NCBI GenBank assembly: GCA_050697155.1
Contig: JBOGZD010000001.1
Location: 3,670-67,669, forward strand
Direction of reading: 5' to 3'
Length of the DNA: 64,000 nucleotides
Source of the DNA: Solirubrobacterales bacterium
GTDB taxonomy: Bacteria; Actinomycetota; Thermoleophilia; Solirubrobacterales; 70-9
Below are positions 8,020 to 17,591 of this stretch, piece after piece; the first letter of the stretch is position 1, and each line of letters begins with the position of its first letter. The translations under genes were made by a program, and so were the position numbers. The notes beneath the pieces are model-generated. The model saw only the letters and a list, made by a program, of their open reading frames with translations. It was not told the origin of the DNA and made no database searches.

Positions 8020-11000
8020 CTATGCGGCCAGGGCCCTGGGGCCGAGCAGCTGGTCGAGCTCGGCGCGCAGCGCCCCCGAGGGGGTGACGCGGTACTCGCT
8101 GCCGAAGCGCAGCCGCCGGACGCCCTCGCGCGTGCGCATCTCGAGCAACACCTCGCTCTTGCCGGGGAAGCTCTCGAACAGCGCCTTGAGCTCGTCGACG
8201 ACCCCGGGACCGAACCCCGCCGCGTCGATCCGCAGCAGGATCGGCTTGCCATCGGCGCGGGCCTCAGCCTTCGCCCGCGCCGCCGCGAGCTCGTCCTCGC
8301 CCGGCTCGAAGTGCTCCGCCTCGGCGACCACGAGGCTCATCTCGCCGCGTCCCTTGTGGTCGACCCGCCCGCGTACGACAACCACCCGATCGAGCTCGAT
8401 CGCCGTTGCCGCGTCGCCGGCGGCGTCCCGGATGAACAGCTCCAACCGCCCCTCCAGGTCGTCGAGGGTGGCGAACATGACGTAGCCGCCGGTTCGGGTG
8501 CGCACCTTCTTCGCCTCGCTGACGATCCCGCCCACGGTGACCCAGGAGCCGTCGGGCAGCGCCGCGACCTCGGGGAGCGGCTTGTCGACCCTGGCCCGGA
8601 GCGCGTCGCGAACCTCGCCCAGCGGATGCGCGGACAGGAACGTGCCCAGGGTCTCCTTCTCGAGCCGCAGCAGCTCGCGCTGATCGAACTCCTCCGCGGG
8701 GACGATCGGGTGGCGCGGCGGCGCCAAGCCGCCGGCCGGCGCGTCGCCTCCGGGCCCGCCACCGAGGTCGAAGATCGACCCCTGGCCGCGCCGCGAGTCC
8801 TCCTGAGCCTGGGAGCCCGCCGCCTGCGCGCTCACCAGCACCTCGAGCATCCCGCGGCGGCTGGCGCCGGTCGAGTCGAGCGCGCCGCACTTGACCAGGC
8901 ACTCGATCGCGCGGCGGTTGACGGCGCGGGCATCCACCCGCTCGCAGAACTCCCAGATCGACTCGAACGACCCGCCTCCCTCGCGCGCGGAGATGATCGC
9001 CTCGACCGCGGCGTGGCCGACGTTCTTGACCGCGTCCAGCCCGAACCTGATCGAGTTGCCGCTGACCACGAACCCGTGGTCGGAGGAGTTGATGTCGGGG
9101 GGCTGGACCTCGATCCCCATCGCCTCGCAGCGGTTGACGAAGAACGGCACCTTGTCCTTGGTCTGCATCACCGATGAGATCACCGCGGCCATGTACTCGG
9201 CGGGGTAGTTCGCCTTCAGGTAGGCGGTGCGGTAGGCGATCAGCGCGTAGCAGGCCGCGTGCGAGCGGTTGAAGCTGTAATCGGCAGCGGCGGTCATCAG
9301 CGACCAGAGGTCGCGGGCGACGCGGCGCTCGGTGCCGGAGTCGGCGAGCCCGGCGAGGAACTTATCCTCCATCGTCGCCATCAGGTCGCGCTTCTTCTTG
9401 CCCACCGCCTTTCGCAGGTCGTCGGCCTCGGCGGGGCTGAAGCCCGCCATCCGCTTGGCGATCTCCATCAGCTGCTCCTGGTAGATGCAGCAGCCGTAGG
9501 TCGCCTCGGTGATCGGGCGCAGCCGCTCGTCCGCGTACGTGACCGACTCCGGGTCGCGCTTGCCGCGCGCGTAGTCGTCGATGTAGCGCATCGCCCCGGG
9601 GCGGTAGAGCGAGACCAGCGCGACGATGTCGCCGAACTCCGTCGGCCGCACCTTGCGAAGCGCGTCGCGCATCCCGTCCGACTCGAGCTGGAACACGCCG
9701 ACCGCGTCGCCGCGGGCAAGCATCTCGAACGTCCTGTCGTCGTCGAGCGCGATCCGCTCGGTGTCGAGCTCGATCCCGCGCGAGCGCTTGATGATCTCGA
9801 CCGCGTCCTCGATCACGTCGAGGTTTCGCAGCCCGAGGAAGTCCATCTTCAACAGGCCGATCTCCTCGATCGGCCCCATCGAGTACTGGGTGACGATCTT
9901 GTACTGGCGCTCGGGCTTGCCGTTCTGGCCCCTGGCCGCGGCCGCGCCCCGGTCCTCGGCGAGCTGGAGGGGGACGATCTCGCGCAGCGGCCGATCGGCG
10001 ATCACGACCGCGGCGGCGTGGATCGAGTTGTTGCGGACGATGCCCTCGAGCCCTCGGGCCACGTCGACGATACGGCGCGCGTCGCGGTCGGCGTCGTAGG
10101 TCGCGCGCAGCTCCTCGCCCGGTTTCAGGCAGTGCTCGAAGCTCGGGCTGCGGCCCATGATCGGCTCCGGGATCTGCTTGGCGATCCGGTCCCCGGTGGC
10201 GTAGTCGTAGCCGAGCACCCGGGCCGCGTCGCGAGTCGCCGCCCTCGGCGCCATCTTGCCGAAGGTGATGATCTGGGCCACCGACTCGCGGCCGTACTTC
10301 TCGGCCACGTAGCGGATCACCCGCTCGCGCCCGCGGACCGAGAAGTCGATGTCGATGTCCGGCATCGACTTGCGGGCCGGGTTGAGGAAGCGCTCGAACA
10401 GCAGGTCGTTGGCGAGCGGGTCGAGGTCGGTGATGTTGAGCGAGTAGGCGACGATCGAGCCGGCGGCCGATCCCCGCCCCGGGCCGACCGCGATCCCGTT
10501 GTCCTTGGCGAACTTGACGAAGTCCCAGACGATCAGGAAGTAGGACTCGAACCCCATCTCGGCGATCACCTCGAGCTCGAACCCGGCCCGCTCCCGCGCC
10601 GCGCCCGGCAGCGGCTCGCCGTAGCGGCGCCGCAGGCCGTCCTCGACGAGCCGTCGGAGCATCGCTCCCGGCTCCTCACCGTCGGGGGTCGGGAAGCGCG
10701 GCAGCAGCAGCTTGCCGAGCTCGATCTCGACCTCACAGCGCTCGGCGATCTCGAGCGTGGTCGCGACGGCGCCCGGCCACTCGGCGAACGACCGCTCCAT
10801 CTCGTCCGGGCTCTTGAGGAAGAACTCGTTGGTCTCGAAGGTCAGCTTCGGCTGCTCGAGCGTCGACTTCGTCTGCACGCACAGCAGCGCCGCGTGGTTG
10901 TCGTAGTCCTCGCGGCGCAGGTAGTGGACGTCGGCGGTCGCGACGATCGGCCGGCTGAGCTCGCGCGCGATCGCCGCGATTCCCTGGTTGGCCTTGCGCT

Positions 11001-11544
11001 GCTCGGCGATCCCGTTCTCCTGCAGCTCGAAGTAGACGTTGTCGGCGCCGAAGACGCCGATCAGGTCGTCGACGTGGGCGCGAGCGTCGCCCCGGCGCTC
11101 CTCGACCAGGCGCCGGCAGAAGCGCGACTGCAGGCACCCGGTGAGCGCGATCACCCCGTCGGAGTGGCGGTCGAGCAGGTCCATGTCGACGTTAGCCTTG
11201 CCGCGCTGGAAGCCGTCGAGGAAGCCGGCCGAGGTGAGCTGGATCAGGTTGCGAAAGCCGGCGTCGCTGGCGGCGAGCAGGGTGAGGTGGTTGCGCTCGT
11301 AACGCGCCGCGTCGGTGTGGCGGTCGTCGACGAAGTAGGCCTCGATCCCGAGGATCGGCTTGATCTGAGCCGCGCGGCAGGCCTTGTAGTGGTCGACCGC
11401 GCCGTTCATCACCCCGTGGTCGGTGAGGCCGAGGGCCGGCATCCCAAGCTCCGCGGCGCGGGTCGCAAGCGGCTCGATCTTGCACGCCCCATCGAGCAGC
11501 GAGTACTCGCTGTGGACGTGCAGATGGACGGCCCCCGCGCTCAC
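8020..11544 (-). CDS. dnaE: DNA polymerase III alpha subunit
   Basis: 1174 aa. PHP domain start HLHVHSEYSLLDGA, polymerase core (FLIVWDFVKFAKDNGIAVGPGRGSAAGS, MPDIDIDF), C-terminal OB fold. Confidence 0.97.
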   Translation of the reverse strand: MSAGAVHLHVHSEYSLLDGACKIEPLATRAAELGMPALGLTDHGVMNGAVDHYKACRAAQIKPILGIEAYFVDDRHTDAARYERNHLTLLAASDAGFRNLIQLTSAGFLDGFQRGKANVDMDLLDRHSDGVIALTGCLQSRFCRRLVEERRGDARAHVDDLIGVFGADNVYFELQENGIAEQRKANQGIAAIARELSRPIVATADVHYLRREDYDNHAALLCVQTKSTLEQPKLTFETNEFFLKSPDEMERSFAEWPGAVATTLEIAERCEVEIELGKLLLPRFPTPDGEEPGAMLRRLVEDGLRRRYGEPLPGAARERAGFELEVIAEMGFESYFLIVWDFVKFAKDNGIAVGPGRGSAAGSIVAYSLNITDLDPLANDLLFERFLNPARKSMPDIDIDFSVRGRERVIRYVAEKYGRESVAQIITFGKMAPRAATRDAARVLGYDYATGDRIAKQIPEPIMGRSPSFEHCLKPGEELRATYDADRDARRIVDVARGLEGIVRNNSIHAAAVVIADRPLREIVPLQLAEDRGAAAARGQNGKPERQYKIVTQYSMGPIEEIGLLKMDFLGLRNLDVIEDAVEIIKRSRGIELDTERIALDDDRTFEMLARGDAVGVFQLESDGMRDALRKVRPTEFGDIVALVSLYRPGAMRYIDDYARGKRDPESVTYADERLRPITEATYGCCIYQEQLMEIAKRMAGFSPAEADDLRKAVGKKKRDLMATMEDKFLAGLADSGTERRVARDLWSLMTAAADYSFNRSHAACYALIAYRTAYLKANYPAEYMAAVISSVMQTKDKVPFFVNRCEAMGIEVQPPDINSSDHGFVVSGNSIRFGLDAVKNVGHAAVEAIISAREGGGSFESIWEFCERVDARAVNRRAIECLVKCGALDSTGASRRGMLEVLVSAQAAGSQAQEDSRRGQGSIFDLGGGPGGDAPAGGLAPPRHPIVPAEEFDQRELLRLEKETLGTFLSAHPLGEVRDALRARVDKPLPEVAALPDGSWVTVGGIVSEAKKVRTRTGGYVMFATLDDLEGRLELFIRDAAGDAATAIELDRVVVVRGRVDHKGRGEMSLVVAEAEHFEPGEDELAAARAKAEARADGKPILLRIDAAGFGPGVVDELKALFESFPGKSEVLLEMRTREGVRRLRFGSEYRVTPSGALRAELDQLLGPRALAA

Positions 11545-11612
11545 CGAGCCATCTTCGCAAGCGGCTCAGATGCCACCGGCGCGCGATCCCGCAACCTGCG
11601 AGGATCGCGGCC

Positions 11613-12056
11613 GTGGTTTGGCTGCTGCGCCACGGGGAGGCCGAGGACGCGGCCTCGAATGACGCAGAGCGGCGGTTGACGGCGAAGGGGAAGCGCCAAT
11701 CGATCGCCGCGGGCCGGGCGCTTGCCGCGCTCGGGGCCGAGGTCGAAGCGTGCCTGACGAGCCCGAAGCTGCGCGCCGCCCAGACGGCCCAGCTCGCCTG
11801 CGAGGCGCTCGGGATCGAGCCGGAGGAGGCCGATGGCCTGCGCGGCGGTGATTTCGATCCCGCCGAGCTCGCGGCCGGCCGCGGGTCCGTGTTGCTGGTC
11901 GGACACGAGCCCGACCTCTCGCGGGCGATCGAGGCCGCCACCGGCGCTCGGGCCGAGCTCAAGAAGGGCGGCATCGCGGCGCTCGACGGCGGCATCCTCG
12001 TCACCCTGCTGCGCCCGGGCCAAGTGAAGCGGATCGCGGCGGGCGGCAACGGCTGA
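11613..12056 (+). CDS. sixA: Phosphohistidine phosphatase SixA
   Basis: 147 aa. LLRHGEA catalytic RHG motif, LTAKGKRQ, LLVGHEPDLS. Confidence 0.8.
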   Translation: MVWLLRHGEAEDAASNDAERRLTAKGKRQSIAAGRALAALGAEVEACLTSPKLRAAQTAQLACEALGIEPEEADGLRGGDFDPAELAAGRGSVLLVGHEPDLSRAIEAATGARAELKKGGIAALDGGILVTLLRPGQVKRIAAGGNG

Positions 12057-12199
12057 GCTCCGAAGCCGGACACCCTGAGGGGCGATCGCGGGTCGAGCCC
12101 GCAGGCCTCTTCCTGATCGCACTGCTCGCCGTCGTCTGGTCGTGGTGGGCGTGGCAGGAGGGCGGCTACTTCGAAACGGTCTGGCTCCCCGGCACGATC

Positions 12200-14026
12200 G
12201 TGCTCTGCGCCGCCGCAGCGCTGCTCCTGCTGCTCGGGCCCAGCGCCCGATACCCGCCGTGGCCCCGCAGCGCCGTCGTCGCGCTGGTCGCGCTGGCGGC
12301 GCTCGGGATCTGGTCGGCGCTCTCGGCGGTCTGGAGCCCGTCGCCTGACATCGCCATCGCCGACGGCCAGCGCATCCTCATGTACGCGCTCTCCTTCGGG
12401 CTCGGCGCCTGGATGGCCCGACAGCTCGGTCCGCGGGTCCTGCTCGCGCTCGCCCCACTCGCCGCCGCGGCCGCGTTCGCCGGCGTCGCCGCCGTGGTCG
12501 AGATGCTGACCGCGAGCGATCCGGAGGGCGTAATCGACAACGGCACCCTCCTTTATCCGATCGGCTACCGGAACGCCAACGCGGCGTTCTTCCTGATCGC
12601 CTTCTTCCCCGCGCTCGGCCTCGCCGCCGACCGCGAGCTCGACTGGCGCGCGCGCGGTCTCTGCCTCGGGACGGCGACCATGTCACTCGAGCTGGCGATG
12701 CTGGGCCAGAGCCGGGGCTCGGTACCGGCGGTCGCGGTCGCGATCGTTGTCTACGTCCTGCTCTCGCCGCTCAAGGTCCGTGCGATCTCGTGGCTCGTCC
12801 TCGCTGTGCTTCCAGCCGTGGTCGTCCTCCCTGCCGTGCTGGAGCTGTTCGACGTGGCCAACGCCGACCCGGAGGTAGATCGGAGGGTGCTGGCCGAGCT
12901 CGAGGACGCGGCGCGGGTGGTGGCGCTCACCGCGGGGGCCGCGTTCGCTCTCGGCCTCGTGGCGGCTCGACTCGAGCGCCGCTTGCCCATCCTCGGCAGC
13001 ACGAGCGCCCGCTGGAACCGGCCGATCGCCGGCGGTCTCGCCGCACTCCTGGTCGCGGGAGTCACGGGTTTCGCGGTCGTCAATGGAGACCCAGCGGGAT
13101 GGGTCTCGGACCGAGTGGACGAGTTCCGGTACGCCGGCACGCCCGAGCCGTCTGGCCTGTCGAGCCGGTTCACGCTCGACGTCGGCTCGAACCGCTATGA
13201 CCTCTGGCGCGTTGCGCTCGACGACGCCGCGGAGGAGCCCGTGCTCGGCGACGGTGGCGGCGGCTTCCAGTACTCCTACCTGCGCCAGCGCGAGTCCCCT
13301 CGCCAGGCTCGCGACGCGCACAGCGTCGAACTCGAGGTGCTCTCGGAGCTCGGCTTCCCCGGCCTGCTGATGCTGCTGGCCACGCTTACCTGCGCGGTCG
13401 CGGCGGCGCTGCGCGCCCGCAGGGCCGGCCCGGCGGCGGCGACCCTGACCGCGATCGCCCTGGCGAGCGCCGCGTACTGGCTCGTCCACGCCTCTGTGGA
13501 CTGGTTCTGGACCTATGCGGGCCTGACAGCGCCGACGCTGGCGCTGCTCGGGGCCGCAGCCGCAGCCCCGGGGCCTGCGCCCGGTGCCGGCGGCGGGTCC
13601 CGACTCGCCCGTGGGCTCGCCGCGACGGCCCTCGCCGTCCTCGCGCTGACCGCGATCCCACCGTTGCTGAGCGCCAAGTACATCGACGGCGCGTTCGAAT
13701 CCTGGCGCTCGGACATCGAGACCTCCTACGAGGACCTCGAGCGCGCCCACGACCTGAACCCGCTCAGCGACATCCCGTTCCTCGCCGCCGGCGCGATCGC
13801 CCGGGCGGCGGGAGACCGTGCCCGTGCGGTCGCGGCCTTCGACCGGGCGGTCGAGGAGCGGCCCGAGGAATTCACCGGCCACTTCCTACTCGCGCTGCTC
13901 CAGTCGGAGTCGGAGCCGCGAGTCGCCCGCCGCGAGGCCGCTCGCGCGCTCGAGCTCAATCCCCTCGACGAGCGGGTGCGTGGCCTGGCCGAGCGCCTCG
14001 GCTTGCGTGTGCCCGACCTCGATTGA
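12200..14026 (+). CDS. O-antigen ligase/polymerase-like polytopic membrane protein with C-terminal TPR region
   Basis: Multiple TM segments, a Wzy_C-like loop (RSGSVPAVAVAIVVYVL ...), and a TPR-like C-terminus (YEDLERAHDLNPLSDIPFLAAGAIARAAGDRARAVAAFDRAVEERPEE). The true start is probably upstream of 12200 (see findings). Confidence 0.65.
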   Translation: MLCAAAALLLLLGPSARYPPWPRSAVVALVALAALGIWSALSAVWSPSPDIAIADGQRILMYALSFGLGAWMARQLGPRVLLALAPLAAAAAFAGVAAVVEMLTASDPEGVIDNGTLLYPIGYRNANAAFFLIAFFPALGLAADRELDWRARGLCLGTATMSLELAMLGQSRGSVPAVAVAIVVYVLLSPLKVRAISWLVLAVLPAVVVLPAVLELFDVANADPEVDRRVLAELEDAARVVALTAGAAFALGLVAARLERRLPILGSTSARWNRPIAGGLAALLVAGVTGFAVVNGDPAGWVSDRVDEFRYAGTPEPSGLSSRFTLDVGSNRYDLWRVALDDAAEEPVLGDGGGGFQYSYLRQRESPRQARDAHSVELEVLSELGFPGLLMLLATLTCAVAAALRARRAGPAAATLTAIALASAAYWLVHASVDWFWTYAGLTAPTLALLGAAAAAPGPAPGAGGGSRLARGLAATALAVLALTAIPPLLSAKYIDGAFESWRSDIETSYEDLERAHDLNPLSDIPFLAAGAIARAAGDRARAVAAFDRAVEERPEEFTGHFLLALLQSESEPRVARREAARALELNPLDERVRGLAERLGLRVPDLD

Positions 14027-14057
14027 CGCGCCCCCCGGGGGGCGTGCTGCCGACCGC

Positions 14058-14333
14058 TCAGCGCGGCTTGATCAGATCCCGCTGGAGGGCAAGGGCGACG
14101 GCCTGGGCGCGGGTCCGCGCTCCGAGCTTCGCCTTCGCGTTGCGAACATGGGTCTGCACCGTCGCCGGCGAAAGGCCCAGCAGCTGCGCGATCTCGCGGT
14201 CGGTGGCGCCGCTGGCGAGCAGGGCGAGCACCTCGCGTTCGCGGGCGCTCGGGTCGCGCCCGGCGGTGAGCAGGCTGCCGCCCTCGATGAAGCGGGCGGC
14301 CGCACCGGGCGGGTCGGCGACAGCCTCAGCCAT
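14058..14333 (-). CDS. Small stand-alone LuxR-type HTH regulator
   Basis: REREVLALLASGATDREIAQLLGLSPATVQTHVRNAKAKLG. ATG at 14333 overlaps the stop of the upstream sugar transferase by 8 nt. The track start at 14420 is rejected. Confidence 0.7.
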   Translation of the reverse strand: MAEAVADPPGAAARFIEGGSLLTAGRDPSAREREVLALLASGATDREIAQLLGLSPATVQTHVRNAKAKLGARTRAQAVALALQRDLIKPR

Positions 14334-15759
14334 TGGCTTCCTCCTCGAGCAGGAAACGCCCGTCCGGGGTGCGCAGGGCCCGGTGCGCGTCGCGGAAGAT
14401 CTCAACCGCGGTCTCGGCAAGGATCAGCGTGTCGCCGAACAGTGAGCGCCGCTTGACGTAGAAGAGGTCGTGACAGAGCTTCCACGCCGTGCCCAGGTCG
14501 GAGCCGGCATAGCCGCATCGAAGCGCCGCCCAGCCCGCGATCCCCGGCTTGACGAGCTGGCGGCGGGTGTAGTGGGAGAACTTGTGCTCGAGCTCCGCGA
14601 CGATCTCTGGGCGCTCGGGGCGCGGCCCGACGAGGGTCATCTGGCCGCGAAGGATGTTCCAGATCTGGGGCACCTCGTCGAGGTGGGTTCGGCGCAGGAT
14701 CCTGCCGGCGCGGGTGACGCGCTCGTCCCCTGCGGCCGCCCACTGCGCGCCGTCGCGCTCCGCGTCAACTCGCATCGTCCGCAGCTTCAGCATCTCGAAC
14801 TGCTCGCCGTGCTCGCCGATGCGCCGCTGCCGGTAGAGCACCGGGCCGCGGTCGCCGAGCTTGATCGCCAGCGCCGCCACCGCCAGCACCGGGAGGCAGA
14901 GCACAGCCACCACTGAGCCTACGGCGAGGTCGAACATGCGCTTCGAGGTCGGCGACGAGGCACGGAAGTTGGGATGCATGATGTAGCGGTACCAGGCGGC
15001 GTCGATGGTCCCGATCGGCACGTGCCCGAGGGTCTCCTCGTAGAGCTGGTTGGCGGCGATCATCCGCACCGGCAGGTCGAGGCATTCCTCCGCCACATGA
15101 GCACAGACCTCCTCGAGCGGATCGCCGTTCGGGTCGCCGGCCGTGGGGGCGCAGACCAGCAGCTCGATCCGCTGGGAGACAACCGCGGAGCGGACGTCCT
15201 CGAGTCCGCCCAGCCACCGCAGCCGCCGGTACTCGGCCGGACCCTGGGGAGCAAGCCAGCCGACGATCTCGTACGTCTGCACGTCGCTCGCTGCGAGCTC
15301 GGCGGCGAGATCGGCGGTGAACTCGCGCGGCCCGATCACCGCCACCCGGGCGCGCATCCCGTCCATCAGGCGAGCCTTGATCCAGGCGCCGAGCGCCATC
15401 ACCAGCCCGGCGCCCAGCACGACCGCCTCGTACTGGCCGAGGGCCTGGGAGTTGCCAGCGGCGTCGGCGAGTCGCCAGGCGACGAACCCGCCGAGCAGCG
15501 GCGCGGCGAGCGCGAGCAGGATCCTGGTCGCCGGCATCAGGTGCAGCGGGAATCGGGAGCGCTCGATCAGCTGCGCGGCGGCGAACATCGCGACGAACAC
15601 GATCAGCCCCTGCTCGATCGAGGCCATGTGCGAGTAGGCGATCAGGCCGCCGGCCACCGAGGGCGCCAGCCGCAGCGCGACCAGATCGATCAGCCGCTGC
15701 GCCTCGAGCGCGCGCAGGCCTCGAAGGCCGCCCGTGACGGGGACCGAGTGTGGGCTCAT
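14326..15759 (-). CDS. Polyprenyl-phosphate glycosyl-1-phosphate (priming) transferase, WbaP/EpsL-like
   Basis: N-terminal TM bundle plus the bacterial sugar-transferase domain (KRMFDLAVGSVVAVLCLPVLAV ... GPVLYRQRRIGEHGEQFEMLKLRTM ... DEVPQIWNILRGQMTLVGPRPERP). Confidence 0.9.
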   Translation of the reverse strand: MSPHSVPVTGGLRGLRALEAQRLIDLVALRLAPSVAGGLIAYSHMASIEQGLIVFVAMFAAAQLIERSRFPLHLMPATRILLALAAPLLGGFVAWRLADAAGNSQALGQYEAVVLGAGLVMALGAWIKARLMDGMRARVAVIGPREFTADLAAELAASDVQTYEIVGWLAPQGPAEYRRLRWLGGLEDVRSAVVSQRIELLVCAPTAGDPNGDPLEEVCAHVAEECLDLPVRMIAANQLYEETLGHVPIGTIDAAWYRYIMHPNFRASSPTSKRMFDLAVGSVVAVLCLPVLAVAALAIKLGDRGPVLYRQRRIGEHGEQFEMLKLRTMRVDAERDGAQWAAAGDERVTRAGRILRRTHLDEVPQIWNILRGQMTLVGPRPERPEIVAELEHKFSHYTRRQLVKPGIAGWAALRCGYAGSDLGTAWKLCHDLFYVKRRSLFGDTLILAETAVEIFRDAHRALRTPDGRFLLEEEANG

Positions 15760-15778
15760 GAACGGATCCGCGTCGGGC

Positions 15779-16141
15779 TCACGACATGCCGCCGCCGGTG
15801 GCCGACCGCTCGCGGGCGAGCCGCCTCAGCAGCAGTCCTGCTCCGCCGAGGGCGAGTGCGGCCGCGAGCATGCCGCCGACCTCGAGGCCGGTGAATGGCA
15901 GCCCGGCGACCGTCTCGTCGGCGGTCGCGGACGGGCCGTCCGGTGCCCCGCCGTCGCCCGGCCCGCCGCTCGGCGGTGGGTCGGGCCGCTCACCCTGCGA
16001 GATCACCTCGAGGGTTGATTCGTACTGGTCGTCGGTCGGACCGATCTGCTGTGCGACAGCCGCCGGGGCGGCCACGAGCAGCCCGATCGCAGCGAGCCCG
16101 GCCACCGCCGAGCGAACGCCGCCAAGGCGATGCTTCGTCAT
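15779..16141 (-). CDS. Small secreted LPFTG-anchored protein (paralog of 4508..4852)
   Basis: Signal peptide, IGPTDDQYESTLEVISQG motif, LPFTG + hydrophobic + RRLARER tail. GGGAG lies 5 nt upstream of the ATG at 16141. An alternative ATG is at 16153. Confidence 0.7.
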   Translation of the reverse strand: MTKHRLGGVRSAVAGLAAIGLLVAAPAAVAQQIGPTDDQYESTLEVISQGERPDPPPSGGPGDGGAPDGPSATADETVAGLPFTGLEVGGMLAAALALGGAGLLLRRLARERSATGGGMS

Positions 16142-16411
16142 CTTTGCTCCCATTCATGCCCCCAGTTCTTTTCGCGATCTCGTCCGGCGGATGCCTACTG
16201 ACGGCCTTGACCCACCGAGCGGGCGAGGAACCGGCCGAAGAGCTCAGCCGCCCCAGTGCCCCCGGCCGATGGATACCTGCGGTCCCCCTCCCGGTCAACC
16301 GATCGGCGCCTCAATTACCAGGAAATCCGCCGTGCATTACCTCAAAATGGCTAGTGGTAGGCTGCGGCCGGGCTTCCGTGGGGGCATCGGATACCGATCG
16401 GCACCGAGGCG

Positions 16412-17191
16412 ATGGCTAGCGAGGACATGAGAATGACGGCTGCTGACAGCCCTGGTGCGACGGGCGACCGACGCCCCCCGCTCACGCGGCGTGAGCGCGA
16501 GATCCTCGGCCTCCTGGCCGAGGGCATGAGCGGGGCGGAGATCGCGGCGAAGCTGGTGCTCTCGCCCGAGACGGTGCGCACGCACGTGCGCAACGCGATG
16601 GGCAAGCTCGGCGCCTCCACCCGCTCACAGGCGGTGGTGCTGGCGATGCAGCGCCGGGAGATCGCCGGAGAGGGTGCGGCCGAGCGCCCGCGCGGCGGCA
16701 GGCGGATCTCGTTCGCCGGCCCCGAGGCCGACTCGGTGGCGAGGATGCTCGACGCGCTCGTCTCGCTCTACGACGTCGACGGCGGCGCCGTCTACTTCAC
16801 CGACGAGGATGGGCTCTCGCTGCGCCGGGCGACCGGCGCCGGTGCGGCCAGCGGCGGGGTTGGGCTCCCCGAGACGCTGGCGCTCGGCGACGGCCCGCTG
16901 GGCCGGGTGGCGCTCGAGCGCCGGGCGCAGCTCGTCCACGCAGGGCGCGGAGGCCCGGGGGCCCCGGCGGGGGTGGTGGCTGCCCCGATGCTCGGTGGCG
17001 GGCGGCTGCTCGGGCTGATCGCGCTCGAGGCCAGGCTCAGCCGGCCGATCGGCCGCAGCGAGCTGCTGCTGCTGCAGGCATTCGCGAATCGGGTCGCCGA
17101 GGTGCTCATCGCGGGAACCGGCGTCGAGCGCGGACTCGAGCGCGCGATGGAGCGCTTTCGCTCCTCCTGGACGGCCGCCGGCCGCGGCTGA
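16412..17191 (+). CDS. LuxR-type HTH (N-terminal) fused to a GAF-like domain (C-terminal)
   Basis: TRREREILGLLAEGMSGAEIAAKLVLSPETVRTHVRNAMGKLG, followed by a GAF-like region (LVSLYDVDGGAVYFTDEDGLSLRRATG ... VAAPMLGGGRLLGLIALEA). Confidence 0.7.
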   Translation: MASEDMRMTAADSPGATGDRRPPLTRREREILGLLAEGMSGAEIAAKLVLSPETVRTHVRNAMGKLGASTRSQAVVLAMQRREIAGEGAAERPRGGRRISFAGPEADSVARMLDALVSLYDVDGGAVYFTDEDGLSLRRATGAGAASGGVGLPETLALGDGPLGRVALERRAQLVHAGRGGPGAPAGVVAAPMLGGGRLLGLIALEARLSRPIGRSELLLLQAFANRVAEVLIAGTGVERGLERAMERFRSSWTAAGRG

Positions 17192-17219
17192 GGCGACCTC
17201 CCCGCCGAACCTCGGCGGC

Positions 17220-17591
17220 TCAGCCGAAGACCTCGTCGCTCTCGATCGCGGCCAGGGCGGCGTCGAGATCCCCGTCCATCGGGGCCACCGCGCCGATGTC
17301 GCACAGATCGAGCACCCGCCGCGTGGGCGAGTCGGCGCGGATCACCAGCCGCAGCTCCTGCCGGCGGGCGGCGAGCCGGCGGCCGAGGTCGAAGAGCAGG
17401 TGAACGCCGGAGCTGTCGAGGTACTGGACGTCTGCGATGTCGAGGACGAGCCCGGCGGCGCTCGACGGCAGGCGGTCCGAGATCGCCAGCCTCAGCTCGC
17501 TCGCGTTCGAGCCGTCGACCTCGCCCTCGAGGGTGGCGATCAGCACCCGGTCGCGCTCGCTGAACTCGACGCCGACGAGCCGGTCCCTCAC
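17220..17591 (-). CDS. STAS-domain anti-sigma-factor antagonist
   Basis: Only the last 123 aa of the 712-aa track ORF look real: LIATLEGEVDGSNASELRLAI ... LVLDIADVQYLDSSGVHLLFDL. The GTG start overlaps the upstream stop in a GTGA unit (17588-17591). Confidence 0.8.
   Translation of the reverse strand: MRDRLVGVEFSERDRVLIATLEGEVDGSNASELRLAISDRLPSSAAGLVLDIADVQYLDSSGVHLLFDLGRRLAARRQELRLVIRADSPTRRVLDLCDIGAVAPMDGDLDAALAAIESDEVFG

Noticed and set aside
16154-16411. Riboswitch in the 250-nt leader of the LPFTG/priming-transferase operon
   Set aside because: It contains hairpins (GCCGAU...AUCGGC) and G-rich runs. I could not match any known riboswitch consensus (c-di-GMP-I/II, ydaO, ZTP, guanidine), so the evidence is insufficient.
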